This document shows, piece after piece, positions 27,676 to 34,440 of a DNA stretch of 64,000 nt. The first letter of the stretch is position 1; each line of letters starts with the position of its first letter. A model generated the notes under the pieces. That model was given only the letters and a program-made list of their open reading frames with translations, was not told where the DNA came from and did no database searches. The DNA comes from a virus. The translations under genes were made by a program, and so were the position numbers. The stretch is from positions 13,220 to 77,219 of the IMG/VR virus record IMGVR_UViG_3300030329_003925. The stretch is one strand, 5' to 3'.

Positions 27676-28089
27676 TCAAATATTAGCTTCCTCATCTGGG
27701 TGTGAGTATGGGTCCAACTGGATGACCTTCTGTTGACCCTTCCACGTTGCGCGTGCCCTTTCCTTCGTAGCCTCTCTTGCATCGACACCCGCTTGAAAGA
27801 AGTCATCTTCAGCCAAAGACATCTGGTCCTCGTCGCCCTCCCAGTCATCGTCCTCGTTGTCGAGCATCAACAAGTCACCTACTGTGGAGTTTAAGCGGTC
27901 CCATACGCCAATGAGTGCCGCTGTCTCGGAATCAAAGCACTTCTCCGTCCAAAGCGGCATCCTCGCCATCGACTCCGTAAGACCCTCAAGGTCATGCTCT
28001 ACAACCTCTGCAATTCGCTTGCCTATCTCCTGTTGGATTCTGTCGCACACAGATGTGATTCTCTCGATTGTTTCTTCCATGTTTTCCAT
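27676..28089 (-). CDS. Acidic hypothetical early protein
   Basis: GGAGG RBS; D/E rich. Confidence 0.65.
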   Translation of the reverse strand: MENMEETIERITSVCDRIQQEIGKRIAEVVEHDLEGLTESMARMPLWTEKCFDSETAALIGVWDRLNSTVGDLLMLDNEDDDWEGDEDQMSLAEDDFFQAGVDAREATKERARATWKGQQKVIQLDPYSHPDEEANI

Positions 28090-28124
28090 GTTGCCTCCGG
28101 TTGTTGAAAGTTACAAATTAAAAG

Positions 28125-28200
28125 TGGTGGGTTGTATAGGATTCGAACCTATGACCATCGGATTAAAAGTCCGGTGCTCTACCAACTGAGCTAACAACCC
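28125..28200 (-). tRNA. tRNA-Lys(UUU), CCA encoded
   Basis: Cloverleaf GGGTTGT acceptor, anticodon loop CTTTTAA, GGTTCGAATCC, 3' ACCA. Confidence 0.95.
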
Positions 28201-28201
28201 T

Positions 28202-28516
28202 TTACTCTCCGAACCACCGTTTTGTCTTGTCAAAATTAAGATTGACTGTGACCTTTCCGGTGGGCGACTTAGGGTTCCAGACCCAGAATCTCTTCTTCTT
28301 GGTTCCAAATTGCCATAGCCCGTTGGGGCACGGACCACTCAAGCCATTCCTTCTCGCTTCCCCCCGTGACTTGAACACCCCTGCTTCTGCTGCCATCACC
28401 GCGAGGTCGTCACTGTCTACTGATACAATATCTTCTGTCCCATCCAAGGGACCAAAGATACATTCCATATCACCAAAAGACATGCTCCGGTCTGGGTTGA
28501 CGACAAAATGCTTCAT
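28202..28516 (-). CDS. Standalone S4-like RNA-binding domain protein (resembles the TyrRS C-terminus)
   Basis: EAGVFKSRGEARR...GTKKKRF. Confidence 0.6.
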   Translation of the reverse strand: MKHFVVNPDRSMSFGDMECIFGPLDGTEDIVSVDSDDLAVMAAEAGVFKSRGEARRNGLSGPCPNGLWQFGTKKKRFWVWNPKSPTGKVTVNLNFDKTKRWFGE

Positions 28517-28538
28517 GGTCCGTGCCCCCTTCCCCTCT

Positions 28539-28592
28539 AATGTATCACGTTTTGTGTCCCTGTCAAGGGACAAATTGTAAGAGACTTGTTAA
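28539..28592 (-). promoter_or_regulatory. Early promoter with degenerate upstream boxes
   Basis: TTGACA-N16-TACATT; boxes at 28576 and 28587. Confidence 0.7.
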
Positions 28593-28744
28593 GGCTCGCA
28601 CGCTTCCATGAAGGTCTGCGTCTTGAACCTTGGGTTCTCTTCCTTGAACCAGACGGCAAAAGAAAGTGCCGTGGCTCGTCGAACCTGCGGGTCTTGAATC
28701 TTAGAAATAATCTGTGCTGTTCTCTTGAAGTGCTTTCTGGTCAT
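28589..28744 (-). CDS. Small conserved phage early protein
   Basis: MTRKHF...F..ENPRF...F..AC pattern; AAGGAG RBS. Confidence 0.65.
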   Translation of the reverse strand: MTRKHFKRTAQIISKIQDPQVRRATALSFAVWFKEENPRFKTQTFMEACEP

Positions 28745-28758
28745 TGGATTCTCCTTTG

Positions 28759-29016
28759 TTAGTCTTGTAGGGTTCTCGCTTCGATTTTCATAAACTCGGT
28801 CCAGCCTGCCATCACATGCCAATTCTCCACAATCTTGTCCCACGCCTCCGTGTCACCGATATGCGGTGCGTCGTGGCTCCAGCCTTCATAGAATTCCTTG
28901 GCAATCTCGCGAAGATGGGACTTAGCCCCTTCAAGTGTCCGAAAGACGGACAGTTCTTCGCCATGCTTGTGTTGATAGACAGCGATACAAACAGTAAGTT
29001 CTTGTGGTTCTGCCAT
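28759..29016 (-). CDS. Hypothetical early protein
   Basis: GGAG RBS; HKHG...VF.T.EGA. Confidence 0.6.
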   Translation of the reverse strand: MAEPQELTVCIAVYQHKHGEELSVFRTLEGAKSHLREIAKEFYEGWSHDAPHIGDTEAWDKIVENWHVMAGWTEFMKIEARTLQD

Positions 29017-29049
29017 GTCATGCTCCCAGTGAAAAGTTACAAATTAAAA

Positions 29050-29153
29050 GGTTGCGGTTTTGGGATTCGAACCCTCTCCTGACAGGTCTGGGTCGCACAC
29101 CCTTTCCCTGACGGTTCCCTACCTGACTGCTGTGCGGCAGCGGGAAACCCGCA
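29050..29153 (-). ncRNA. tRNA-like ncRNA (T-arm mimic, no canonical anticodon arm)
   Basis: GGGTTCGAATCCC T-loop; closing stem TGCGG(G)TTT/AAACCGCA; 3' flank near-identical to that of tRNA-Lys. Confidence 0.5.
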
Positions 29154-29166
29154 TAAGTTATTGGTC

Positions 29167-29850
29167 TTATTCTGATTCGTAGCCATCAAACCATCGACCC
29201 ATGTGTTCAGTCCTTGCGACTGCTTTCCGCGAGGTCGCCGTGCTTGATGATGTTTCTGGGTCACGACAATGTGCTTGCGCCTCTTCCAGCGTTAGACCAC
29301 GCTTAATTATTCGATTCTCACACCAATCGTTTTCGAACATTCTTACAATACGGTACATTTTCTCTCTATACTTCGGCATATTACAAATCTTGGCAATCTC
29401 CATGTCTCGCTCATAGTAAGAGTTCAGCCCGTTCAGCGGAGCGCCCGTGCCGTCGTTGAGACGCACACTACACATGCCACCCCCGTCTGCCGCTATAACG
29501 ATACCCAATTTGCCCTCGACACCCCACCGCTGGCTACGCTTGTTGTTCTTGAAGCGCACAAGGGTGCCAACCTTGAATTTGGGGGGAGGTGGCTTGACTG
29601 AATGAATCATCTGCGTGGGGTTGTCCACGAAGTACCCAGCAAAGTAGTCAGTATGCGGGTCGCTCTCGTCGTCAATGCGACGGATATGATACCCCGTTGC
29701 TTCAGCTTCTTCTCCTCCGATACCATTCGCACTCCATGACAGGATGCGGTCGTCATACTCAACCCAGTAGTGACTGTAGCGGTCTGGTGGATGATTGACC
29801 TTCACTCCAAGAGCCTTTTCAACTTTCTTGTTTACTGCTTTGACTTTCAT
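29167..29850 (-). CDS. Multi-domain early protein with an internal VGxLV SH3-like domain
   Basis: FKVGTLVRF...LGIVI; C-terminal GLTLEEAQAHC...WFDGY module. Confidence 0.65.
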   Translation of the reverse strand: MKVKAVNKKVEKALGVKVNHPPDRYSHYWVEYDDRILSWSANGIGGEEAEATGYHIRRIDDESDPHTDYFAGYFVDNPTQMIHSVKPPPPKFKVGTLVRFKNNKRSQRWGVEGKLGIVIAADGGGMCSVRLNDGTGAPLNGLNSYYERDMEIAKICNMPKYREKMYRIVRMFENDWCENRIIKRGLTLEEAQAHCRDPETSSSTATSRKAVARTEHMGRWFDGYESE

Positions 29851-29878
29851 GTCATCGCCTCCAATTCAAAGTTACAAA

Positions 29879-30043
29879 TTAAGCCTCGGCAGGCGCACTC
29901 ATCGCCCACCAGATAAGAACGTCGATAGCAGACAAGCGATTGCCCAACTTCTCGTTACTAATCCACTCGGTCAGCACGCTTGCCATGTAAGCATAGTGAG
30001 CAAGTTCTTCTTCAAAGTTCTGGTCCAAATTAACACTCAACAT
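29879..30043 (-). CDS. Small hypothetical protein
   Basis: GGAGG RBS before MLSVNL. Confidence 0.5.
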   Translation of the reverse strand: MLSVNLDQNFEEELAHYAYMASVLTEWISNEKLGNRLSAIDVLIWWAMSAPAEA

Positions 30044-30176
30044 TCTGTCCTCCATCGTCCGTAAAGGCGTGTGGCGGGATAAGTTCATCGGGATAGCCAT
30101 CGGGATAGGTTTCTGGAAAGAAAAAATCCTCTAACTCTTCTTCGGTATAGTATTCAAATCCGTCGTTGGGGTTCAT
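30030..30176 (-). CDS. 48-aa very acidic peptide (not in ORF track)
   Basis: MNPNDGFEYYTEEELEDFFFPETYPDGYPDELIPP...; TAATG overlap. Confidence 0.5.
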   Translation of the reverse strand: MNPNDGFEYYTEEELEDFFFPETYPDGYPDELIPPHAFTDDGGQNVEC

Positions 30177-30517
30177 TATTGCGCCCTCTTCTCATGACTT
30201 TCGGACAATAGTGTCTCGACCCAGCCTCCATCAAACTCTGCGATGTACTTGTCGTGAAGAACAAGCATCTTGTCACCGTTCTTTTCGATGTTCTTCAGCT
30301 TGTAGCCAGCAATAATAAACTCTGTCCCAGTGGGTGCTCCGATGAATGTTTCGCAGACCGCATAGGGCACAGACTTCCACGCCTTGCCATTCGGGTTACG
30401 AGCCATATCCCTTGCGCTCTTACGAAACCTGCGCCACCGAATGTCAACCACCCGTGCTTGGATAGATTCGCTGCCATGCTTGATGAGCACGATGTCGTGC
30501 TTATTTAGATACGCCAT
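30176..30517 (-). CDS. Hypothetical early protein
   Basis: GAGGTG RBS. Confidence 0.6.
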   Translation of the reverse strand: MAYLNKHDIVLIKHGSESIQARVVDIRWRRFRKSARDMARNPNGKAWKSVPYAVCETFIGAPTGTEFIIAGYKLKNIEKNGDKMLVLHDKYIAEFDGGWVETLLSESHEKRAQ

Positions 30518-30656
30518 TCTTCACCTCGCGTGTCTTAGTGTTGAACTTGTTGGCGAGGAAGTTCGCAGTGCCACGGTTGTGACATCGCTCTTTCTTGCCA
30601 TTGGGATAAAGAACATAGTGAGTGTTCTTCAAGTGGATTGTTGTAGCTTTCGTCAT
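30501..30656 (-). CDS. 51-aa basic peptide (not in ORF track)
   Basis: First ORF after the promoter; AAGGAG RBS. Confidence 0.5.
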   Translation of the reverse strand: MTKATTIHLKNTHYVLYPNGKKERCHNRGTANFLANKFNTKTREVKNGVSK

Positions 30657-30680
30657 GTTCTTTCTCCTTCTTACCCCTAT

Positions 30681-30735
30681 AATGTAGCATACCTAATCGC
30701 GTTTGTCCAGCAATAAATTGTCAAGAGAATGTCAA
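30681..30735 (-). promoter_or_regulatory. Early promoter with tandem upstream TTGACA boxes
   Basis: TGGACA-N17-TACATT; boxes at 30719 and 30730. Confidence 0.75.
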
Positions 30736-30908
30736 ACGGAAGGTTTTTTCGCAACGACCAGTTGCCTCTCTTGGACAATCGAGGTTGTTCCCCTCATATC
30801 GCCCTTCGTCCACCGAACAGTCCAGCAGGAATGAATCGGAGCGCGACTTGCGATGTAGCCAAGAGTTCCCTTAGAACCACGTTTTTGAACCATATTACCA
30901 ATGTGCAT
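30732..30908 (-). CDS. SH3/KOW-like family protein
   Basis: MHIGNMVQKR...LGYI...VRW. Confidence 0.6.
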   Translation of the reverse strand: MHIGNMVQKRGSKGTLGYIASRAPIHSCWTVRWTKGDMRGTTSIVQERQLVVAKKPSV

Positions 30909-30941
30909 TAGACACCTCTCTCTGATTGTTGAATTAAAAAG

Positions 30942-31015
30942 TGGGCTTTCTCGGACTCGAACCGAGGACATTCCGTGTATGAGACGGGTGCTCTGACCAA
31001 CTGAGCTAAAAGCCC
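30942..31015 (-). tRNA. tRNA with CAU anticodon (Ile2 or Met), no complete CCA encoded
   Basis: Cloverleaf GGGCTTT/AAAGCCC; loop CTCATAC; C4:G69 and C29:G41 favour Ile2. Confidence 0.9.
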
Positions 31016-31024
31016 GTTACTAAC

Positions 31025-31222
31025 TTACTTTCCAGCGTTGAAAGCGTCGGATAAGTCTCCGACGTACTGGTATGCTCCTTTGTTATAGGCTGGAGCCACG
31101 CACTTGCGCCGTCTGTTTGCTTCTCGGTGTGCTGCTCTGTCGCCGCAGTCAAGGCAGGTATAGAACCCCAGCGCAAGACGTTTGTCGTTGTAGTCCTCGT
31201 AGCAAAGTTTACAAATTGCCAT
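31025..31222 (-). CDS. C4 zinc-finger protein (DksA/TraR-type finger)
   Basis: CKLC...KRL.LG...CLDC. Confidence 0.6.
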   Translation of the reverse strand: MAICKLCYEDYNDKRLALGFYTCLDCGDRAAHREANRRRKCVAPAYNKGAYQYVGDLSDAFNAGK

Positions 31223-31230
31223 CTCTCACC

Positions 31231-31434
31231 TCAAATAACATAATTTCCATAGCCATGTTCGCCTGCACAATTGCGAGAGCAATACCCGTGGTAAAGAATA
31301 TACTCTGGGTCTTTTTCCTCGCGCCAACGGGAAAGTGACTTCCCACAGTTAGTACACCGCTTAAACTTGCCATACGGCATCAGGAGAAGCCCGTCTTCAT
31401 CTGACTCATAATATACCCTCTTCCAGTTACTCAT
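31231..31434 (-). CDS. Small C4 zinc-finger protein
   Basis: CTNCG...YCSRNC. Confidence 0.55.
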   Translation of the reverse strand: MSNWKRVYYESDEDGLLLMPYGKFKRCTNCGKSLSRWREEKDPEYILYHGYCSRNCAGEHGYGNYVI

Positions 31435-31687
31435 CGAACTGCCGCATAAAAATAGGGGTGTGCTCGCCATGCCATGCGCTCACCACGTTATACTCCATCC
31501 ACTCGATAGTCCCTTCGTAGTCCCAGTCGTTATCCCTCATGAATATTTCCACGCACTTGTCATAGTTATAAATTGCCACCGGCATCTTCGTAGCCTGTAA
31601 GCCCCAACCGATAAGTGCATCGTCAAGACCATCTGCCAATAATGCCTGTGGATTGAGTGCTGCCAACTCTTCTCTAATACTAACCAC
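31427..31687 (-). CDS. Conserved hypothetical phage protein
   Basis: ADGLDDALIG...Y.YDK...EWMEYNV..AW.GE.TPIF. Confidence 0.7.
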   Translation of the reverse strand: MVSIREELAALNPQALLADGLDDALIGWGLQATKMPVAIYNYDKCVEIFMRDNDWDYEGTIEWMEYNVVSAWHGEHTPIFMRQFDE

Positions 31688-31949
31688 GCCTCACCTCCTC
31701 TCTCGTCTCGACAAACTTTCCATCCTCGTCCACCAGAGTTTCAACCTTGATGGTGGTGGTGTGAACAGTTAGAATTTGAAAATTGGAACGGGGAACCAAG
31801 TGCTCCTTGTCTCCTCGGCGTAGGTGCCACCCTTCTTCATCTACGAAGTCGCCTTTGGCAACCATGATGTCTGACCCGCGAGGATAGCGCAAAGATGAAT
31901 AGCCCGTGACTATATTTAGAGGCACCTTAGCCCGTAGAATTTGCTTCAT
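31680..31949 (-). CDS. Hypothetical protein
   Basis: Translationally coupled ORF. Confidence 0.55.
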   Translation of the reverse strand: MKQILRAKVPLNIVTGYSSLRYPRGSDIMVAKGDFVDEEGWHLRRGDKEHLVPRSNFQILTVHTTTIKVETLVDEDGKFVETREEVRRG

Positions 31950-32119
31950 ACAGTCACCACCTCTAACTCATGGTCCCATATCTCGTAATCAAAGCCAGAC
32001 ACCCTGCACAAGTAGTCTCGCGTATCATCTGGATTCATCAGCCTCATGCTGGTGACAACGCCCAGCCGAACGCCTTTCGTAGTATACCCGCTAAACTTTA
32101 CTAAGTCACCGACTTTCAT
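31946..32119 (-). CDS. VGDLV SH3/KOW-like family protein
   Basis: MKVGDLVKF...LGVV...ELEVV. Confidence 0.7.
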   Translation of the reverse strand: MKVGDLVKFSGYTTKGVRLGVVTSMRLMNPDDTRDYLCRVSGFDYEIWDHELEVVTV

Positions 32120-32429
32120 GTAGTTCCTCACTTCCAGAACGCAAGTAGGGAATACCCACGGGTAGTTCGCCGCTGACAATGCCTCTGTGTTTGGCACAAA
32201 TAATTGTAATAACATGGGCTGGAACCCAACCATAGACAGTCATACAAGGCTTGTCTGGGTCTTCTGCGTAGGGTAACAAGAGTTCCTCGACTAAGCTGGG
32301 ATACCCTACCTCCGCGTGAGTGTAAGCGTCGGCACCATCCACGCGAGGAGTGCAGTACGCCCCCTCATTTGCCTGCACCGACATCTCAAAGCCATCCGCA
32401 CACTGAATTTTTCTATTGAGCTTTACCAT
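32106..32429 (-). CDS. Conserved hypothetical phage protein
   Basis: CADGF.MSVQA...YC.PR...EVGYPS...VYGWVP. Confidence 0.7.
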   Translation of the reverse strand: MVKLNRKIQCADGFEMSVQANEGAYCTPRVDGADAYTHAEVGYPSLVEELLLPYAEDPDKPCMTVYGWVPAHVITIICAKHRGIVSGELPVGIPYLRSGSEELHESR

Positions 32430-32438
32430 GCTCCCCCC

Positions 32439-32843
32439 TTAGTAGTCGATTTCCGTCCGTGTGTAAATTTCAAAACCGTCGCCTCTGGTTACGATGTCTT
32501 CTGAATCTTCTCCGACGCGAACAAAGCGATAATACTCGTCGCCCATGACGGTTCTCGTATAATCCCCACCCCCTGCCGGACTGGGCACTGTGACTGACTC
32601 CACCTCCATGCCATCACACTCGTCCATGAAGTCGTTGAGGCAGTCAATCTCTGGGTATCCCTCGTACCACTTGATGCTGCACCAGCGGAAAAGAAAGTTC
32701 CCGCTCTCTTGATAGTTCTCAATCACCTCGTCAGCTTCAGCGAAGCAGAGATTCTTTGTGCCACCCTCCTGACTGATATGAGCCATGAACTTGCCCATAA
32801 GTTTCTTGTCAACAGCCAAAATTACGTCAGAACGATAACCCAT
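32439..32843 (-). CDS. Conserved hypothetical phage protein
   Basis: MGYRSDV...KWY...FVRVGED. Confidence 0.7.
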   Translation of the reverse strand: MGYRSDVILAVDKKLMGKFMAHISQEGGTKNLCFAEADEVIENYQESGNFLFRWCSIKWYEGYPEIDCLNDFMDECDGMEVESVTVPSPAGGGDYTRTVMGDEYYRFVRVGEDSEDIVTRGDGFEIYTRTEIDY

Positions 32844-32871
32844 GTTTTCACCTCTCGTTGATTACAATAAC

Positions 32872-32925
32872 AATGTATCACGTTTTAAGAATTTGTCCAG
32901 TCCTAAGTTGTCAAGAGAATGTCAA
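32872..32925 (-). promoter_or_regulatory. Early promoter with tandem upstream TTGACA boxes
   Basis: TGGACA-N16-TACATT; boxes at 32909 and 32920. Confidence 0.75.
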
Positions 32926-32935
32926 GGAGAAGAAA

Positions 32936-33017
32936 TACCAGAGACGGGATTCGAACCCGTAAGCCTAAAGGCGTCAGATTTTAAGTCTGATGTGTATACC
33001 GATTCCACCACTCTGGC
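32936..33017 (-). tRNA. tRNA-Leu(UAA), no CCA encoded
   Basis: Cloverleaf with long variable arm; loop CTTAAAA; GGTTCGAATCC. Confidence 0.93.
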
Positions 33018-33029
33018 AAAAGTTACAAA

Positions 33030-33341
33030 TTACTTCTTGCTCCGCTTGCGCTTGCTCACAAACTTCAAGTCCGTGCGCCAGAACTGGTTTGGGTATTGTT
33101 TGGCGTAGTAGCCGAACTGATAGTCTCGACTCTTGGGTGGGTCGGGCGTAATCCATTTGATGACATAAGCATCCTTCTCACTTGAGTTAAAGCCAATTTT
33201 GTGCATAGGTTTAATCTCGACCACAATGCCCACCGGCTTAGGCTTGCCAAAGCTATGGCGGCGAGCAGTCTCGCTCCACGGATACATTGTGTCCCGTTTC
33301 TGTGCCGCTGCCGATAAAGTTACCATATCTCCTACTTGCAT
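33030..33341 (-). CDS. VGDLV SH3/KOW-like family protein
   Basis: MQVGDMVTL...VGIVV...IKW. Confidence 0.65.
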   Translation of the reverse strand: MQVGDMVTLSAAAQKRDTMYPWSETARRHSFGKPKPVGIVVEIKPMHKIGFNSSEKDAYVIKWITPDPPKSRDYQFGYYAKQYPNQFWRTDLKFVSKRKRSKK

Positions 33342-33613
33342 TTTACACTCCTGTTTTTAATTGCTACTGACGTTCTCGTAGCCCAGAGAGCGACCCCTCT
33401 GCTGAACCAGAGAACTTTAATATTCAAACCACTTTTGTCCAAGACCACTCCGTAGCCTTTCTCCTCAAACTCCACTCCAATATTCGGTTGACCCCCCAAA
33501 CACTTCACCAAGTCTCCGACTTGAGGAGCGCGGGGCTTATAGCCTTCGTTCAATCTCACATGCACAGCATCAACACCAATAGAGCATAGCCCAGAGGCAT
33601 CATCAAAATACAT
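33332..33613 (-). CDS. VGDLV SH3/KOW-like family protein
   Basis: PQVGDLVKC...YGVVL...VLW; start uncertain. Confidence 0.6.
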   Translation of the reverse strand: MYFDDASGLCSIGVDAVHVRLNEGYKPRAPQVGDLVKCLGGQPNIGVEFEEKGYGVVLDKSGLNIKVLWFSRGVALWATRTSVAIKNRSVKCK

Positions 33614-33649
33614 CCAATCGCGTCTTTAATCTGCTCGTCTCTGCCGTAC

Positions 33650-33892
33650 TCATCCATTCTTCACCTCGCTGTCATAATCAAAGTCTGGCTTGTAAACCTC
33701 AACGTAGCAAGCCTTAATCCATCCCCACTGCGTAGTGTTCACCAGTGGACCCGCAAACTTCTTGGTGTCAATTGCTGTAACCAGCGCATGTTCGCGTGGT
33801 CCTGTCATGGAACTGCCCCTCTGGGAACTGATGTACCTCACAAGGTCACCAGTCTTTGCCCAACTTCCGTGTTGCCATACCTTCTGTGTCAT
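33650..33892 (-). CDS. SH3/KOW-like family protein
   Basis: KTGDLVRY. Confidence 0.6.
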   Translation of the reverse strand: MTQKVWQHGSWAKTGDLVRYISSQRGSSMTGPREHALVTAIDTKKFAGPLVNTTQWGWIKACYVEVYKPDFDYDSEVKNG

Positions 33893-34095
33893 GTTCCACT
33901 CCCGACAATCTCCGCGTGGATGTAGCCCATGTTCAACTGGACACGCTCTCCCTTCTTGAAGTCATACGCGAGAACATATCCCGCATACCCAAACTCATTG
34001 GGGTTACCAAGAATCATAGAGAGGGAACCATCCTCCTTGGAGCGCAAGAGCGTTCCAGCCTTTATTTGGTCGCGCCTAAGATACGGTGTTGACAT
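33889..34095 (-). CDS. SH3/KOW-like family protein
   Basis: IKAGTLLRS; GGAGG RBS. Confidence 0.55.
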   Translation of the reverse strand: MSTPYLRRDQIKAGTLLRSKEDGSLSMILGNPNEFGYAGYVLAYDFKKGERVQLNMGYIHAEIVGSGT

Positions 34096-34117
34096 AGTTC
34101 CCTCCGCTTTCATACAT

Positions 34118-34172
34118 AATGTAGCCCATGCGTGTTCCCCTGTCAAGAGTGATTGTGTCAAGGAAGTGTCAA
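34118..34172 (-). promoter_or_regulatory. Early promoter with tandem upstream TTGACA boxes
   Basis: TTGACA-N17-TACATT; boxes at 34156 and 34167. Confidence 0.8.
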
Positions 34173-34189
34173 GAGAAGGTTGTGTCCAT

Positions 34190-34375
34190 AAAACGATGGT
34201 GGGCGCATCTGCGTTTAATGCTTCGTGGAACTCTATCTCAGTTGAACCCCTACGTTATCCCGTGCTACTAAGGCGATCAACCCCTTTCACTTGGCGTAGT
34301 CCGTTGGTAACCGTCCGTCTGGGACTTTAACCCAGAATCTCCCACCACCGATTTGTGAACAAAACCTCCCGCTTA
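34190..34375 (-). ncRNA. Candidate promoter-driven rod-like ncRNA
   Basis: Own promoter; closing stem CGGTGGTGGG/CCCACCATCG with further internal pairing; U-run; no substantial sense ORF. Confidence 0.45.
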
Positions 34376-34382
34376 CACACAC

Positions 34383-34437
34383 AATGTATCATGGGTATTG
34401 CCACCTGTCAAGCCCGTGGGTGTCAACGAATTGTCAA
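34383..34437 (-). promoter_or_regulatory. Early promoter with tandem upstream TTGACA boxes
   Basis: TTGACA-N17-TACATT; boxes at 34421 and 34432. Confidence 0.8.
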
Positions 34438-34440
34438 GAA

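Noticed and set aside
29050-29153. tRNA-Sec
   Set aside because: There is no UCA anticodon in a canonical 7-nt loop and no 8/5 stem arrangement.
34327-34362. Trp-leader-like peptide (TTG start, FTNRWWEILG)
   Set aside because: The SD-to-start spacing is only about 2 nt and no trp genes lie downstream; the ncRNA interpretation fits better.
19800-34440. CRISPR array or diversity-generating retroelement explaining the repeats
   Set aside because: The repeats are irregularly spaced and flank genes; no cas or reverse transcriptase gene and no adenine-specific TR/VR pair was seen.
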